Positions 1-11,912 are shown, counted from the stretch's first letter. The stretch: 64,000 bases of DNA from an uncultured bacterium (GCA_963713855.1 OY970209.1:32001-96000); one strand, 5' to 3'. Notes: generated by a model not told the origin, from the letters alone. Made by a program: numbers and translations.

Positions 1-49
1 CAAATATCGAGAAAGGAAAAGAGCAAATTTTTTTTGCTTAAGCCTTATT

Positions 50-81
50 GCATGTCTGTAAACTGGACATTACAGACATGC
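50..81. terminator. 12-bp hairpin downstream of the glycosyltransferase gene, possible terminator
   Basis: GCATGTCTGTAA (50-61) / TTACAGACATGC (70-81) perfect inverted repeat. Confidence 0.45.
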
Positions 82-163
82 TCTCTGTTTTTAGATATGC
101 GATCAGCCAACTTCTCATGAGCATCTTGAGTTCAAAAAGGTATTATCTTTGCCAATCCCTACC

Positions 164-2302
164 TTAGTCAAATAGCTTCTCTAATGGCTTATATGAACGT
201 TTTTGCCTGACACTGAGGCCCAAAGCAAATTGCAAATCGCGATTAATATCATGATCATTGATAGGATTAGATAAGTTATATTCATAAAGAACTCTCGAAA
301 TAAAGCGACTATGCTTTCCTGCCATTTCAAGCACGGGAAACATGATAGCAAAATCCCAACCCATCGAATAATAAGCACCATTATATAAAATGTCTTCACG
401 GTCAATCTTCTGAAAGAGCCCTGCATAGAAAGTTCGCAAAGCGGTTGCAGTAAAATTCTCTCGCCTAAAAGAATTTTCTTCAATAACGGTATCTTCTATT
501 TCTGCACCCCATCCGTGATCTCCGCTCGGCCAATATCTAAATTGTCCATAAGTCATCCAAACTTCAGGATCTTGATAGGCAAAATTGACATAAGAAAGCA
601 CCCCATCATCTGAAAGCCAATCATCTCCATCAAGATTAACAACAATTGAACGAGGATCACAAAAATGCACCGCTTTATAGATATTAGCAAGTGCCCCCTG
701 CCTTTCTAGGTTTTTAATAACAATACAGCGGTCTGACCAGCCTTTCTGCTTAATATAATCTTCAACCAATGATCCTGTGCCATCAGGTGAAGCGTCATCA
801 ATGTACATTATTTTGATCTTGTTGGCCGGGTATTTTTGATTAAAGACAGAATCAAGATTTTTTTGATACCAGATTTTATTATTATATGAGGGTATTACAA
901 CGACTATTGGCTTATAATCTACTTTTTCCTGTGCTTCAAGGCTGCTTATATGCCTATCTAAATTACCATATAAATGATTCATGTACGGATAGGTTTTTAT
1001 AAGACGTTGTACAACCTGTGCGGCTAAAGCGCAGTCGTTACTGCGGTAACATGCGCTTGCGCCAAGTAAATTATAACGCGTGTAATCGTACGCATATTTT
1101 TCAACAAAAAGCGTATCCTGCGTATCAGCAATCTCACACGCTTTTTTTGCAAAGACGTATCCGAGTTGCCACAGGTTATTATCGATGTAATATTCGGAAA
1201 TACGCACCAAAGGTTCAGCACGCTCAGGCCGCATATCATACGCTTCCAAATAATGACTTAATGCCATATCCCAAGTATAAGCATTATTTGTTTGAGCAAG
1301 CTTTGCCGTCAATTTCCCGAGACTATACTTTGCGTAAAAGTCTTCCTGATCATAACCTTTAAGCTTTGACCGCAGTTTAAAATAATAAATAGCTTCTTCA
1401 AAGCGTTCAAGAGCCTCATACGTACGAGCCAAATAAAATAAGTTGCGTGCACTCAAAGGATCTTGGCGATAATTTTCAAGAAAGTACTCAAGATCAGTTT
1501 CCCAACGTTTTTTAGTCTTTTCTTGGCCTTGTTGGTCCGGCCGGTATTCAAAATAAACCGAATCAGGAACTTTTTGATCTACGACAGGAACAAGCGCCTC
1601 ATGACGCCCCCCCAAATAACGAGACCCTGCCTTACATCGAATTAAGCGTGATTGAAAATTTGATTTATAAGAATCGCCAATGTTTATTTGATACGAAGAG
1701 CATCCTGCGGGTTTGCCGTCGCACATTTGATCATTTGCATGAGCCTTACAAAATTCCACTAACTTATCCGCATCATGCAAGTACCATTCCGCATCAAGCA
1801 TAAGCATAAAAGCCGCATTCGGAAAATAGTGCTCCACTAACTCAATAGCTCGATTACGTCCAACGTCGAAAGGAAACCACTTAAATGGCTTTTGCGAAAA
1901 TGGCCCCACTCTGTCAGCAAATGGCTCATGTTTGATACTATAATAAGGTACTTTTTCTTCCTTCAAATATGCCGACGCCACTTGGCCTGTTTGATCAGTT
2001 TTTGGTCCTGTTACATAAACCAAAAAAGCCTCTATTCCGCCTTTAACCAAGGGAGATAGTGTTTTTTGAATAGTCTGTTCCTCATTAGCCACCATAATGA
2101 CAGCTACAACGGGTAAGTGATGAGTAATAATCGCAGGAGCAGATGTATCATTTTTTTTTAAAAAAGCAGAAAAGCTATCGTTTTCATAAGAAAAAAATTC
2201 GTCATTTGGATAACAAATCTTCTCTTCAGAAAGCGTCAAATGAATGAACAAAAAGAGAGCTAAACTAATCTTCGTAAACAAATAGCTATTCATAAAAAAC
2301 AC
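164..2302 (-). CDS. Signal-peptide, two-domain glycosyltransferase (GT-A/GT2-like + TPR + GT2)
   Basis: Hydrophobic N-terminus; first GT-A domain (VAVIMVANEE, RNRAIEL, MLDAEW, HEAL); TPR-like helices (ARNLFYLARTYE, AYDMRPERAEPL); second GT2 domain (IVVVIPSYNN, IDDASPDGT, NLDGDDWL). Confidence 0.85.
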   Translation of the reverse strand: MFFMNSYLFTKISLALFLFIHLTLSEEKICYPNDEFFSYENDSFSAFLKKNDTSAPAIITHHLPVVAVIMVANEEQTIQKTLSPLVKGGIEAFLVYVTGPKTDQTGQVASAYLKEEKVPYYSIKHEPFADRVGPFSQKPFKWFPFDVGRNRAIELVEHYFPNAAFMLMLDAEWYLHDADKLVEFCKAHANDQMCDGKPAGCSSYQINIGDSYKSNFQSRLIRCKAGSRYLGGRHEALVPVVDQKVPDSVYFEYRPDQQGQEKTKKRWETDLEYFLENYRQDPLSARNLFYLARTYEALERFEEAIYYFKLRSKLKGYDQEDFYAKYSLGKLTAKLAQTNNAYTWDMALSHYLEAYDMRPERAEPLVRISEYYIDNNLWQLGYVFAKKACEIADTQDTLFVEKYAYDYTRYNLLGASACYRSNDCALAAQVVQRLIKTYPYMNHLYGNLDRHISSLEAQEKVDYKPIVVVIPSYNNKIWYQKNLDSVFNQKYPANKIKIMYIDDASPDGTGSLVEDYIKQKGWSDRCIVIKNLERQGALANIYKAVHFCDPRSIVVNLDGDDWLSDDGVLSYVNFAYQDPEVWMTYGQFRYWPSGDHGWGAEIEDTVIEENSFRRENFTATALRTFYAGLFQKIDREDILYNGAYYSMGWDFAIMFPVLEMAGKHSRFISRVLYEYNLSNPINDHDINRDLQFALGLSVRQKRSYKPLEKLFD

Positions 2303-2388
2303 CCCTTAAACGGCTTCTCCATTATAGCTGCTGGCAAAAAAGAGTATATATTTTTTAGGGAATCTAGTGATTATTATGATAAGAAAGA

Positions 2389-2420
2389 AAATGCCCTGGA
2401 CATTACTGTCCAGGGCATTT
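2389..2420 (-). terminator. Intrinsic terminator after the collagen-like gene
   Basis: AAATGCCCTGGACA-ttac-TGTCCAGGGCATTT, a 14-bp stem followed by T-rich sequence on the minus strand. Confidence 0.75.
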
Positions 2421-2446
2421 CAAAAGCGATCGAGCTTAAACTCATT

Positions 2447-4438
<1,992 letters not shown>

Positions 4439-4625
4439 TTAAAGAATTATATTCATAGTTACAAAGCTTCTAGTTCTTGATGTATTGAATTCAGCGTTAG
4501 GTCCCATTTAATACAGAAATAAATTCAGCTAAAATTCTATTTTTGACCTCAATAATCTAAGATTAGAGCAACACCTGATAGCTGCTCTTACGATTTTTTA
4601 GAAAGCGTCTGAGATAATGAACGTC

Positions 4626-5495
4626 TTATTCTTGACCTTCTAAGGCAAATTCATGGAGCCAAGGCTCTTTATTGAAATGAGAAACATCTTCAGCAAAGCT
4701 TATTCGACCATACATCTCTCGCGTGTCAAGATATTGAGCAATTCCCTGCTTTCGTGCAACATCACTAAAAATAACGTACTCATAGCGATAGCTGTCATCA
4801 TCATAAGAAACCTTGTTAAGAACCTCATGTCTTACAAGATACGTACAATGCACTACAGGTACTTCGACTAATCCTTTGATTTCTTGTGACAAAAGCGGGA
4901 TATAAAACGGTGAATTTTCATAATACCCATTACGATCGATCGCAGCATGATAGTTTGAATAGAGAGAATTGCCGCCCATCCTAAGCAATGGCGCTACTAT
5001 CGGTAAATTGGATTCAACAAGCGCTGTAATAGTGTTAGGCTGAATAAAATTGTCGCAATCAGACACAAAATAATGGGACCCATGTTCAAATGCCCAAGTC
5101 ACCGACTTTTGTCGAATGCGACCTAAAACTTTAAAACGTTCACTATTCCACTCGTGTTGGCCGTATCGTTGAACTGGTGTTTCGACATCCGTATCATCAA
5201 AAAAAACTTCTGCATAATCTTCAGCCACCTTAGCAATCCACTCGCGAAGAACTTGAGCGGTGGTATCATTATTATTGTTAGTCCGTATATAAAGGTAGGT
5301 CTGTTTTTTAGGCCAGGCCTGATTTTGAATACACGAAAGATATAGTGGCAATGTATGAGCCTTATCTTTAGCAAGGATAGCAATCGTAACAAAATCATTT
5401 TTGAATAACTGCTCTGGAAAAACGTCTGCGTTACAGTAACTAATGGCCACAAATACTGTGAACATAAAAATAGAAAAACATCCTTTAAACATCAC
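4626..5495 (-). CDS. Signal-peptide GT-A glycosyltransferase-like protein resembling the COLGALT1 N-terminal / PLOD accessory domain
   Basis: VTIAILAKDKAHTLP, NDTTAQVLREW, HEWNSERF..RQ, DCDNFI (DxD), IVAPLL, YSNY..NGYY, VPVVHCTYLV. Confidence 0.8.
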   Translation of the reverse strand: MMFKGCFSIFMFTVFVAISYCNADVFPEQLFKNDFVTIAILAKDKAHTLPLYLSCIQNQAWPKKQTYLYIRTNNNNDTTAQVLREWIAKVAEDYAEVFFDDTDVETPVQRYGQHEWNSERFKVLGRIRQKSVTWAFEHGSHYFVSDCDNFIQPNTITALVESNLPIVAPLLRMGGNSLYSNYHAAIDRNGYYENSPFYIPLLSQEIKGLVEVPVVHCTYLVRHEVLNKVSYDDDSYRYEYVIFSDVARKQGIAQYLDTREMYGRISFAEDVSHFNKEPWLHEFALEGQE

Positions 5496-5741
5496 TAACC
5501 CAAATCATCTAAATAGAGTAACTCAACCTATTACTCTACTTTCTATAGCAAAAATATAAGCCTTTATCTATACGCTACATTTAAACAACTCAAGGTCCAG
5601 TAAGTGTAATACTGTAAAGGCGGATCGTCTGTTTGACGCAAAACTATCAATCAATTGACATTACTTAACAAACGCTATGTACTTAACCTTAAAGAAATGC
5701 AATAATTTTTCAAGAATACTATTTACACAAAAGGAGTATTT

Positions 5742-6245
5742 GTGAAGATTTCCTTACCACTGCTTCATACATTTGCTTTATTAATGAGCGTCAACTCAAT
5801 TGCAAACGGCGCAGATATCAATAATCATGAGTTGGATGATATATCGCTATCCTCTGATTCACCATCCAATTGTAAGCCTGGAGTGGAGCTTATTATGGCT
5901 TCACCAAATCCGATCTGCTTTGGCACAAGAACCTCTGTGGAGCTTAAAGCGTTCTTAACTGGCACACCTCCATTTAGAGTAAAGTGGTCGAATGGATTTA
6001 CGGAAGAAGTTGAATCTGTTTCGACTCAAACAGTTAAAGTTTGTGGAACAAAGATTTTTACTGTGTCGGTCGAGGATGCATCAGGATGTCAATCTGCAGC
6101 AGAAATTACCGTCTTTGAAGCAAAAGATAGTGGGCGAGAGAGCGAGAACATTGAAGCCATGCGAGAAAAATATTGCACAAGATGCCACTGTCAAATACAC
6201 AGCTCAGACACTGACAGCGACACTTCAGATACCTTTGATAGCTAA
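5742..6245 (+). CDS. Secreted hypothetical protein with an Ig/PKD-like segment
   Basis: AAGGAG RBS and GTG start; signal peptide; GTPPFRVKWSNG..FTVSVEDASGCQS is a beta-sandwich-like motif. Confidence 0.7.
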   Translation: MKISLPLLHTFALLMSVNSIANGADINNHELDDISLSSDSPSNCKPGVELIMASPNPICFGTRTSVELKAFLTGTPPFRVKWSNGFTEEVESVSTQTVKVCGTKIFTVSVEDASGCQSAAEITVFEAKDSGRESENIEAMREKYCTRCHCQIHSSDTDSDTSDTFDS

Positions 6246-6263
6246 GAGTCTTTAAAAAGATTG

Positions 6264-7718
6264 CTAAAATGCTAAACCGCATTTGCCCCAAACTGACCAC
6301 TGATTGAGAAGATTTCTGCTACCAAATTCGTAAGAAGAACCAAAGCCCAATAATAGTGAGTAACATTCTTGATCAAAAGTATAGCCTACTGCACCATATA
6401 TACGATTAGCCAGTACATTGGGTTGTTCTGCAGAATGTCTATTTAAAGCATTTCTATCAATTTTTGTAAACTTCTCATCATCCTTTGTGGCGCGTGAACC
6501 GGTAACTCCCTGATTAATTTTCGCACTACTTGAGCTTGTAACAGGTAATGCGCAAAGATTTAATGACTGTATACCAAGTCTCTCATTTTCAAATGCTATA
6601 TTTTCAATTCTTTCAGCTTGTCGCCACCAAAGATCGTAACCGAGCTCGAAATTGAAATTGCAGCGGCGATAATGAGCTGCTAACCAAAAATCAATTCGAC
6701 TCTGAGGCTTTACCCTCGCAGGTACGGTAAAGAAGTTGATACCAGGTTTTGAATTTACCCTTTCACAAGTATCAACAACTAAAAGATATCGTGACCAGTC
6801 ACCATTCTTAGTTAAGTCGAAAGGTCGAATTTCCGTTCCGGGAAATACATAGAGATATTTAAAATCGGCCATAATATTAAACTCTTTATTATCACAAGCG
6901 TATAAAGACTGGTCACCATTAAAACCAAATCCAACGCTGCCGTGTCTTGAACCAACCAATGGCTCGAATAAAGCACGACCCGTTCTACGAGACCCAGTTG
7001 GCGCGGTTCCTACCAAATAAGCGGTTGCGTGCTGGCAAGGTGTCTTATAAAAGTCATAACCTAGTTTAAACTGCACATCATCGACACCAGTTCTTTTTTG
7101 CTCATGGCAAGGTAATCTACCAGCCTCCCATCTAGGATTATTAAAAGCGTCACAGGCATTTTCAAATCCTGGTAATATGCCCCGAGTGTTTCTATCGTTT
7201 TCCTTAACATGCAGGTTGTGCTTAACACGCACAATAGCTGTGTTAACTCCAAGCCACCAACGATAAGACATATTAAAATACCAAGTAAGAACACCACCTG
7301 TAACTGTTCGCTCTGGGCGAAGGCACACTTTTGATTGGTAAAGTTCACCCTTTTTTGCAATAAGATTAAACCATAAAGGATCGATATCGCCGCCTCCATT
7401 TTCTCGCAATGTCATACAGTGTTTGTTGTGTGGGAGAAAATAACGGGCTAATTTCTCTCCATGTGCTGAGTGTATAAAAAGAGGCGTAAACGAAAAATAA
7501 GCATGCATATCCGGGATGCTATGATACCGATGATAATTAGTTAATGCTAATTCATACATCGAATCGGTACTTAGTAACCGGGGAACAAAAAAGGTTCGAC
7601 TGTGGTTAGCAAAGCTTGTACCACAGCAGAACTGAATGAACAGACATATTAGTAGTTTTTGTATAGCTTTCATTGAATCTCTTGCCATTTTTAAACCTGG
7701 GGGGAATCGTAGCAACAA
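6264..7718 (-). CDS. Cys-rich putative outer-membrane beta-barrel family protein (paralog 1)
   Basis: Signal peptide; TGVDDVQFKLGYDF, APTG, FEPLVGSRHGSVGFG; C-terminal WGKCGLAF; true start may lie slightly downstream. Confidence 0.7.
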   Translation of the reverse strand: MLLRFPPGLKMARDSMKAIQKLLICLFIQFCCGTSFANHSRTFFVPRLLSTDSMYELALTNYHRYHSIPDMHAYFSFTPLFIHSAHGEKLARYFLPHNKHCMTLRENGGGDIDPLWFNLIAKKGELYQSKVCLRPERTVTGGVLTWYFNMSYRWWLGVNTAIVRVKHNLHVKENDRNTRGILPGFENACDAFNNPRWEAGRLPCHEQKRTGVDDVQFKLGYDFYKTPCQHATAYLVGTAPTGSRRTGRALFEPLVGSRHGSVGFGFNGDQSLYACDNKEFNIMADFKYLYVFPGTEIRPFDLTKNGDWSRYLLVVDTCERVNSKPGINFFTVPARVKPQSRIDFWLAAHYRRCNFNFELGYDLWWRQAERIENIAFENERLGIQSLNLCALPVTSSSSAKINQGVTGSRATKDDEKFTKIDRNALNRHSAEQPNVLANRIYGAVGYTFDQECYSLLLGFGSSYEFGSRNLLNQWSVWGKCGLAF

Positions 7719-7879
7719 AAGTGTCTTGAGTTCAAGAATCTTACAGAATTTTTATCTTGCTCAGATAATAGATACGTCATTATCGATCTTTCTTGAAGTT
7801 TTATTTAAATCAAAGGTGTTAAATAGTTCATATTTTGAAACTCCATCGTTACTAGACCTTCTGTGCAATTACTACTAAA

Positions 7880-8521
7880 ATGGTTTTAAGGGAGGTTTTA
7901 ACTCTTTCAAAGCGAAAACTGATGACGATTGCTTACTTTAATGTTTTTCGAATCATACTATGTCTAACATTTGCAAGCTCTATTTATGGTCAAGAATCAG
8001 CATTGAGTCAAATTATGACTGCTATTAAAGGACAAGACTTTCAAGATTTAAAAGCTTTTCTAATTCAGCATCAGGATCAGCTCAGCATCGAAGATCAAAA
8101 GATAATTGCAAAATATGCAACTAATTTTAGAGATATATCAGATAAAAATGCTTGGTTTTCATCTGATACAAAGAAAGAGATCTCAGCCATCTTATGCCTC
8201 TTGGCTTTTTGCGTCGGTGGAGCACTTGCTGGTAAGCTCGTTGTGCAAGCACTATTTATTATGTTTTTTTATGACGTCTCGCCCAATAACCATCGATCTG
8301 CTCCCTTCATTGCAGATGTCCACGAATTTCGACGCTTTGTTAAAGATCCATTTACTTATCTAATTACTTTAAGCGCTTTTTCTCTCCTCATTGCAGGTTT
8401 GGCTGTTGGATATGATAATCTCACAGGTTATTATAGTGAAAAAGAACGTTTTATTCAGAACTTTATATATAATAACTTACCGTACTTTAAGAAGCAGTTA
8501 TCAGCTAATACCTACGTGTAA
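7880..8521 (+). CDS. Hypothetical membrane protein
   Basis: 213-aa ORF with a signal-like segment and two hydrophobic stretches. Confidence 0.6.
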   Translation: MVLREVLTLSKRKLMTIAYFNVFRIILCLTFASSIYGQESALSQIMTAIKGQDFQDLKAFLIQHQDQLSIEDQKIIAKYATNFRDISDKNAWFSSDTKKEISAILCLLAFCVGGALAGKLVVQALFIMFFYDVSPNNHRSAPFIADVHEFRRFVKDPFTYLITLSAFSLLIAGLAVGYDNLTGYYSEKERFIQNFIYNNLPYFKKQLSANTYV

Positions 8522-8758
8522 AAAGGACGCGATAGCTGCACTAATACTGATGAACTCTATTCGTTCTTTTCGAGTATTGCAAAATTATTAAACCAACTAA
8601 TTTTTGCAGATAGCGTCTGCAGTTTTTCTTTGGGCGTATAGGAAATATAATCGTAATCGGGTTAAGAAGGAAGATCCCACTAAAAAATAGTAAATGCTTT
8701 TTGGCTTATGATATGCTTCTGGGCAACAGCCGCAGAACTTCACTAAAGAAAGAAATGT

Positions 8759-10048
8759 ATGAAAGCAATCCTTAATCCTCAAGATTTTGTCTTTTGGTCT
8801 ATGAAAGATAGTCTACAACCTCCTTTAAGAAAGACCTTGACGGTTGATGTGGTTGTGGTAGGAGGAGGAATGGCTGGATTGAGTGCTGCTCAAGCATTTA
8901 CTGAGCAAGGAGCTTCTGTCGCCCTTGTAGAAAAAAACTATTGTGGAGCAGGTGCCACAGGTAAAAGCTCAGCTTTTATTATCCCTAATCCCGAATTTAC
9001 GCTTGCTGACCTCATTCGGCTTTATGGTCCTAAAGACGCTGATACGTTATGGAAACTTGTAGCACGGGGTATCGAACATATACGATCGACGATTGAAACG
9101 TACAGTCTTTCTTGTGATTATATTCAACAAGACGCATTCTTAGTTGCGCTTAGTCAACATGCAGTAAACACTATATTGAAGCCTAACCAAGCAGCCTACG
9201 ACAAGCTATCTTATAAGAGTACCTTGTATACGCCTTCCGAGCTTTCTGAATATATCCGGTCTCCTTTGTATTACGGAGGCATACATTACCCAAACACTTT
9301 TTCAATTAATGGCTATCTTTACTGCCAAGAGCTCAAAAAAGCCCTCATTAAAAAAGGTGTGCTCATTTTCGAGGAAACTCCAGCAATAGAGCTTACTTCT
9401 GACGGCATTAAAACACCCGAAGGGCAGATCAAAGCACAGCATACTATCGTCTGCGTTGACCGTTTTATAACTAATTTAGGCAAACTCAAGCACGATGTAT
9501 ACCATATACAAACTTTTTTAACACTTTCTGAACCATTATCAGATAAGCAAGTCTATGCACTATTTCCTAAAGGTCCTTGCATGGTATGGGATACTAATAC
9601 CATCTACTATTACTATCGCCTAGCTGCAGGAAATCGATTACTTGTGGGCGGAGCTGATCTTTTAGCTTCGTACGCCCATCAAGAAAAGCATAATAATTAT
9701 CGACAAGGTGCGCGCCTTAGTTCCTATATAAAGCGTGCATTTCCACAGCTTTCAGTAGATTTCTCTTACCTCTGGCCTGGACTTTTAGGTATTAGTAAAG
9801 ATGTTATGCCGATTGCTTATAAAGACGAGACGATGCCAAACGTGTATTATATAAGCGCTGCAACGGGGGTAGCTTGGGCAGCGGCATTAGGCACTTATAG
9901 TGCACAGCGCATTCTCAATTCGGATGCGGATATAGATAGACTTTTCTCGGCCGCACGCTTTTCCATGTTAAGTAGAGTAGCATCGAAACTTTTAGGTGAT
10001 CCTTTAACGTTTGCGATCAATAATTTTCGTCGAGTTAGCACTTTGTAA
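8759..10048 (+). CDS. FAD-dependent oxidoreductase (DAO/PuuB-like)
   Basis: DVVVVGGGMAGLSAA Rossmann motif, GAGATGKSS, YYYRL..NRLLVGG, WPG. Confidence 0.85.
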   Translation: MKAILNPQDFVFWSMKDSLQPPLRKTLTVDVVVVGGGMAGLSAAQAFTEQGASVALVEKNYCGAGATGKSSAFIIPNPEFTLADLIRLYGPKDADTLWKLVARGIEHIRSTIETYSLSCDYIQQDAFLVALSQHAVNTILKPNQAAYDKLSYKSTLYTPSELSEYIRSPLYYGGIHYPNTFSINGYLYCQELKKALIKKGVLIFEETPAIELTSDGIKTPEGQIKAQHTIVCVDRFITNLGKLKHDVYHIQTFLTLSEPLSDKQVYALFPKGPCMVWDTNTIYYYYRLAAGNRLLVGGADLLASYAHQEKHNNYRQGARLSSYIKRAFPQLSVDFSYLWPGLLGISKDVMPIAYKDETMPNVYYISAATGVAWAAALGTYSAQRILNSDADIDRLFSAARFSMLSRVASKLLGDPLTFAINNFRRVSTL

Positions 10049-10427
10049 TTCACCTAAATCGATCACTCTTTCATTTGGTTAGCACATTAGTTTTTTGTTT
10101 TAATGATTCCCGCGTTTGGTTTGAGCGCGCCCAGGATATATGACATTTAGCTTCTAATGTAATTGCTGCAATGAGTTAACTTTACTTACAACCCTTTTTA
10201 CCTGGAAGACAGCTTTTTTTTATTTACTCAACCAATGTTAATTCTGCGCTTCACTCAGTTTTACTAATTTAAATGAGCCATTTTGCTCAGTTATTTCAAA
10301 ATCGTCATCATAATTTACATCAACAGGACTGTTGGCAGTCTTTTAACATATTGTTGATCTAGTAGTGATCAACGCCATCACGCTTTCTACTTCGCTCGTA
10401 GAACTTAGCGGAACGAGTTGGCGAAGT

Positions 10428-10502
10428 TGGCTGGGGCGGAAGGATTCGAACCTCCGAATGCCAGGACCAAAACCTGGTGCCTTACCGCTTGGCTACGCCC
10501 CA
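10428..10502 (-). tRNA. tRNA-Gln (TTG)
   Basis: Reverse complement TGGGGCGTAGCCAAGCGGTAAGGCACCAGGTTTTGGTCCTGGCATTCGGAGGTTCGAATCCTTCCGCCCCAGCCA folds as a cloverleaf with encoded CCA. Confidence 0.97.
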
Positions 10503-10507
10503 AAAAT

Positions 10508-10792
10508 TTATAAACTTGATGCCGTTATTCCAAATTCATGAAGCACAGATTCTTCAATAGACTTGCGCATATCAGAATTGAGTGGATGGGCAACATCACG
10601 AAAACTACCATCCTTACGTCGCCGCGAAGGCATTGACACAAACAAGCCTTTATGCCCTTGGATAACCTTCAGATCGCGTATGATAAAGCTATCATCAAAA
10701 ATAATCGTCGCATAAGCCTTGAGCTTACCGGCTTCTTTTGATGGATAAACCTTTACTTCGGTAATTTTCATCCCAGTCGCCTTATTCTTCAT
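10508..10792 (-). CDS. spoVG: Septation regulator SpoVG
   Basis: MKITEVKV..KLKAYATIIFD..IRDLKVIQG..GLFVSMPSRR..FRDVAHP; start may be 10771. Confidence 0.95.
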   Translation of the reverse strand: MKNKATGMKITEVKVYPSKEAGKLKAYATIIFDDSFIIRDLKVIQGHKGLFVSMPSRRRKDGSFRDVAHPLNSDMRKSIEESVLHEFGITASSL

Positions 10793-10982
10793 TCAACTGA
10801 TACCTTTTTGACGTTCGGCCTCTCTTCATCGCGCACACCATCGCTTGGTCTACGCAAAAGGCTAACCGTTTAAAACATATCAAATTAAAAGAACAAAGCA
10901 AGTAGCTTTTCTCGTACTGGTACGGGCTCACCAAACGGATGTAACCCAAAATACCCCTTTAACTAAAAGCTTATTCTACAAA

Positions 10983-11011
10983 ATTCTAAAAAAAAAGTAT
11001 CTTTTTGTCAA
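10983..11011 (-). promoter_or_regulatory. Sigma70-type promoter for spoVG and tRNA-Gln
   Basis: TTGACA (11011-11006), 17 nt spacer, TAGAAT (10988-10983). Confidence 0.7.
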
Positions 11012-11911
11012 TCAATTTTTGCCCGTAAAAAGGGCGGCCCGTAGGCATGCTGAACGGGAAGAAGGGTTTGAAAGTCTCTCGGCGGCACTCGCTTTAATAA
11101 CCTTAGGAGTAAGCGTATCAAAAACATCTAGATGGGTACGAAAAAATTGTTTTACCATGCGGTCCTCTAAAGAATGAAAACTGATGCATACCAGTCTACC
11201 GCAAGGCCCTAAAACGCCCATACTTTGATTTAAAAGAGCATTAATATTGTTAAGTTCCCGATTAACGGCTATCCGGAGCGCTTGAAAAGCCTTGGTCGCA
11301 GGGTGAATCTTACTACCAGGCCTTTTTTTAATAACATCTAGAATAATGGAAACAAGCTGGCCTGTGGTTTTTATACGTTCGGTGCGGCGCGCTTCGGCAA
11401 CTTTTCGAGCTAAAGAACGAGCAAAGCGCTCCTGGCCGTATTCACTAAAAATATGATAGAGTTCGGCTTCAGTAGCCTTATTGACAATGTCGTAGGCAGT
11501 ATTGATTTGGTGGGCCGGAGACATGCGCATATCAAGCGGCGTATCATGGGAAAAAGAAAATCCCGCAGCTTCTTTAATTTGATAGGATGAAGTGCCAAAG
11601 TCCGCAAGGATGCCGTCAACCGAGGTAACACCCTTACGCTTTAAAAGAAGCTGCAATTGCGCAAAGTTACCCCAGAGTGGGGTAAATCTCTCTGGAAACT
11701 CAGCTTCCACTGCCGGTGCATTAAGCTCTAAAGCCGTAGTATCCCAGTCTATGCCAATAACAGTACATTGTGGCTGGCACTCAAGAATCGCCCTCGTATG
11801 GCCACCTCCGCCAAACGTCGCATCTACATAGAGGCCACCGGGCTTTGGGGCCAAATGCGTAAGCACTTCATTAACAAGAACGGGAACATGATACTCTTTT
11901 AGAAGCACCAC
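11012..11911 (-). CDS. rsmH: 16S rRNA m4C1402 methyltransferase
   Basis: HVPVL, VDATFGGGGH, PLDMRM, HPATKAFQALRIAVN, ISFHSLEDR. Confidence 0.97.
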   Translation of the reverse strand: MVLLKEYHVPVLVNEVLTHLAPKPGGLYVDATFGGGGHTRAILECQPQCTVIGIDWDTTALELNAPAVEAEFPERFTPLWGNFAQLQLLLKRKGVTSVDGILADFGTSSYQIKEAAGFSFSHDTPLDMRMSPAHQINTAYDIVNKATEAELYHIFSEYGQERFARSLARKVAEARRTERIKTTGQLVSIILDVIKKRPGSKIHPATKAFQALRIAVNRELNNINALLNQSMGVLGPCGRLVCISFHSLEDRMVKQFFRTHLDVFDTLTPKVIKASAAERLSNPSSRSACLRAALFTGKN

Positions 11912-11912
11912 A

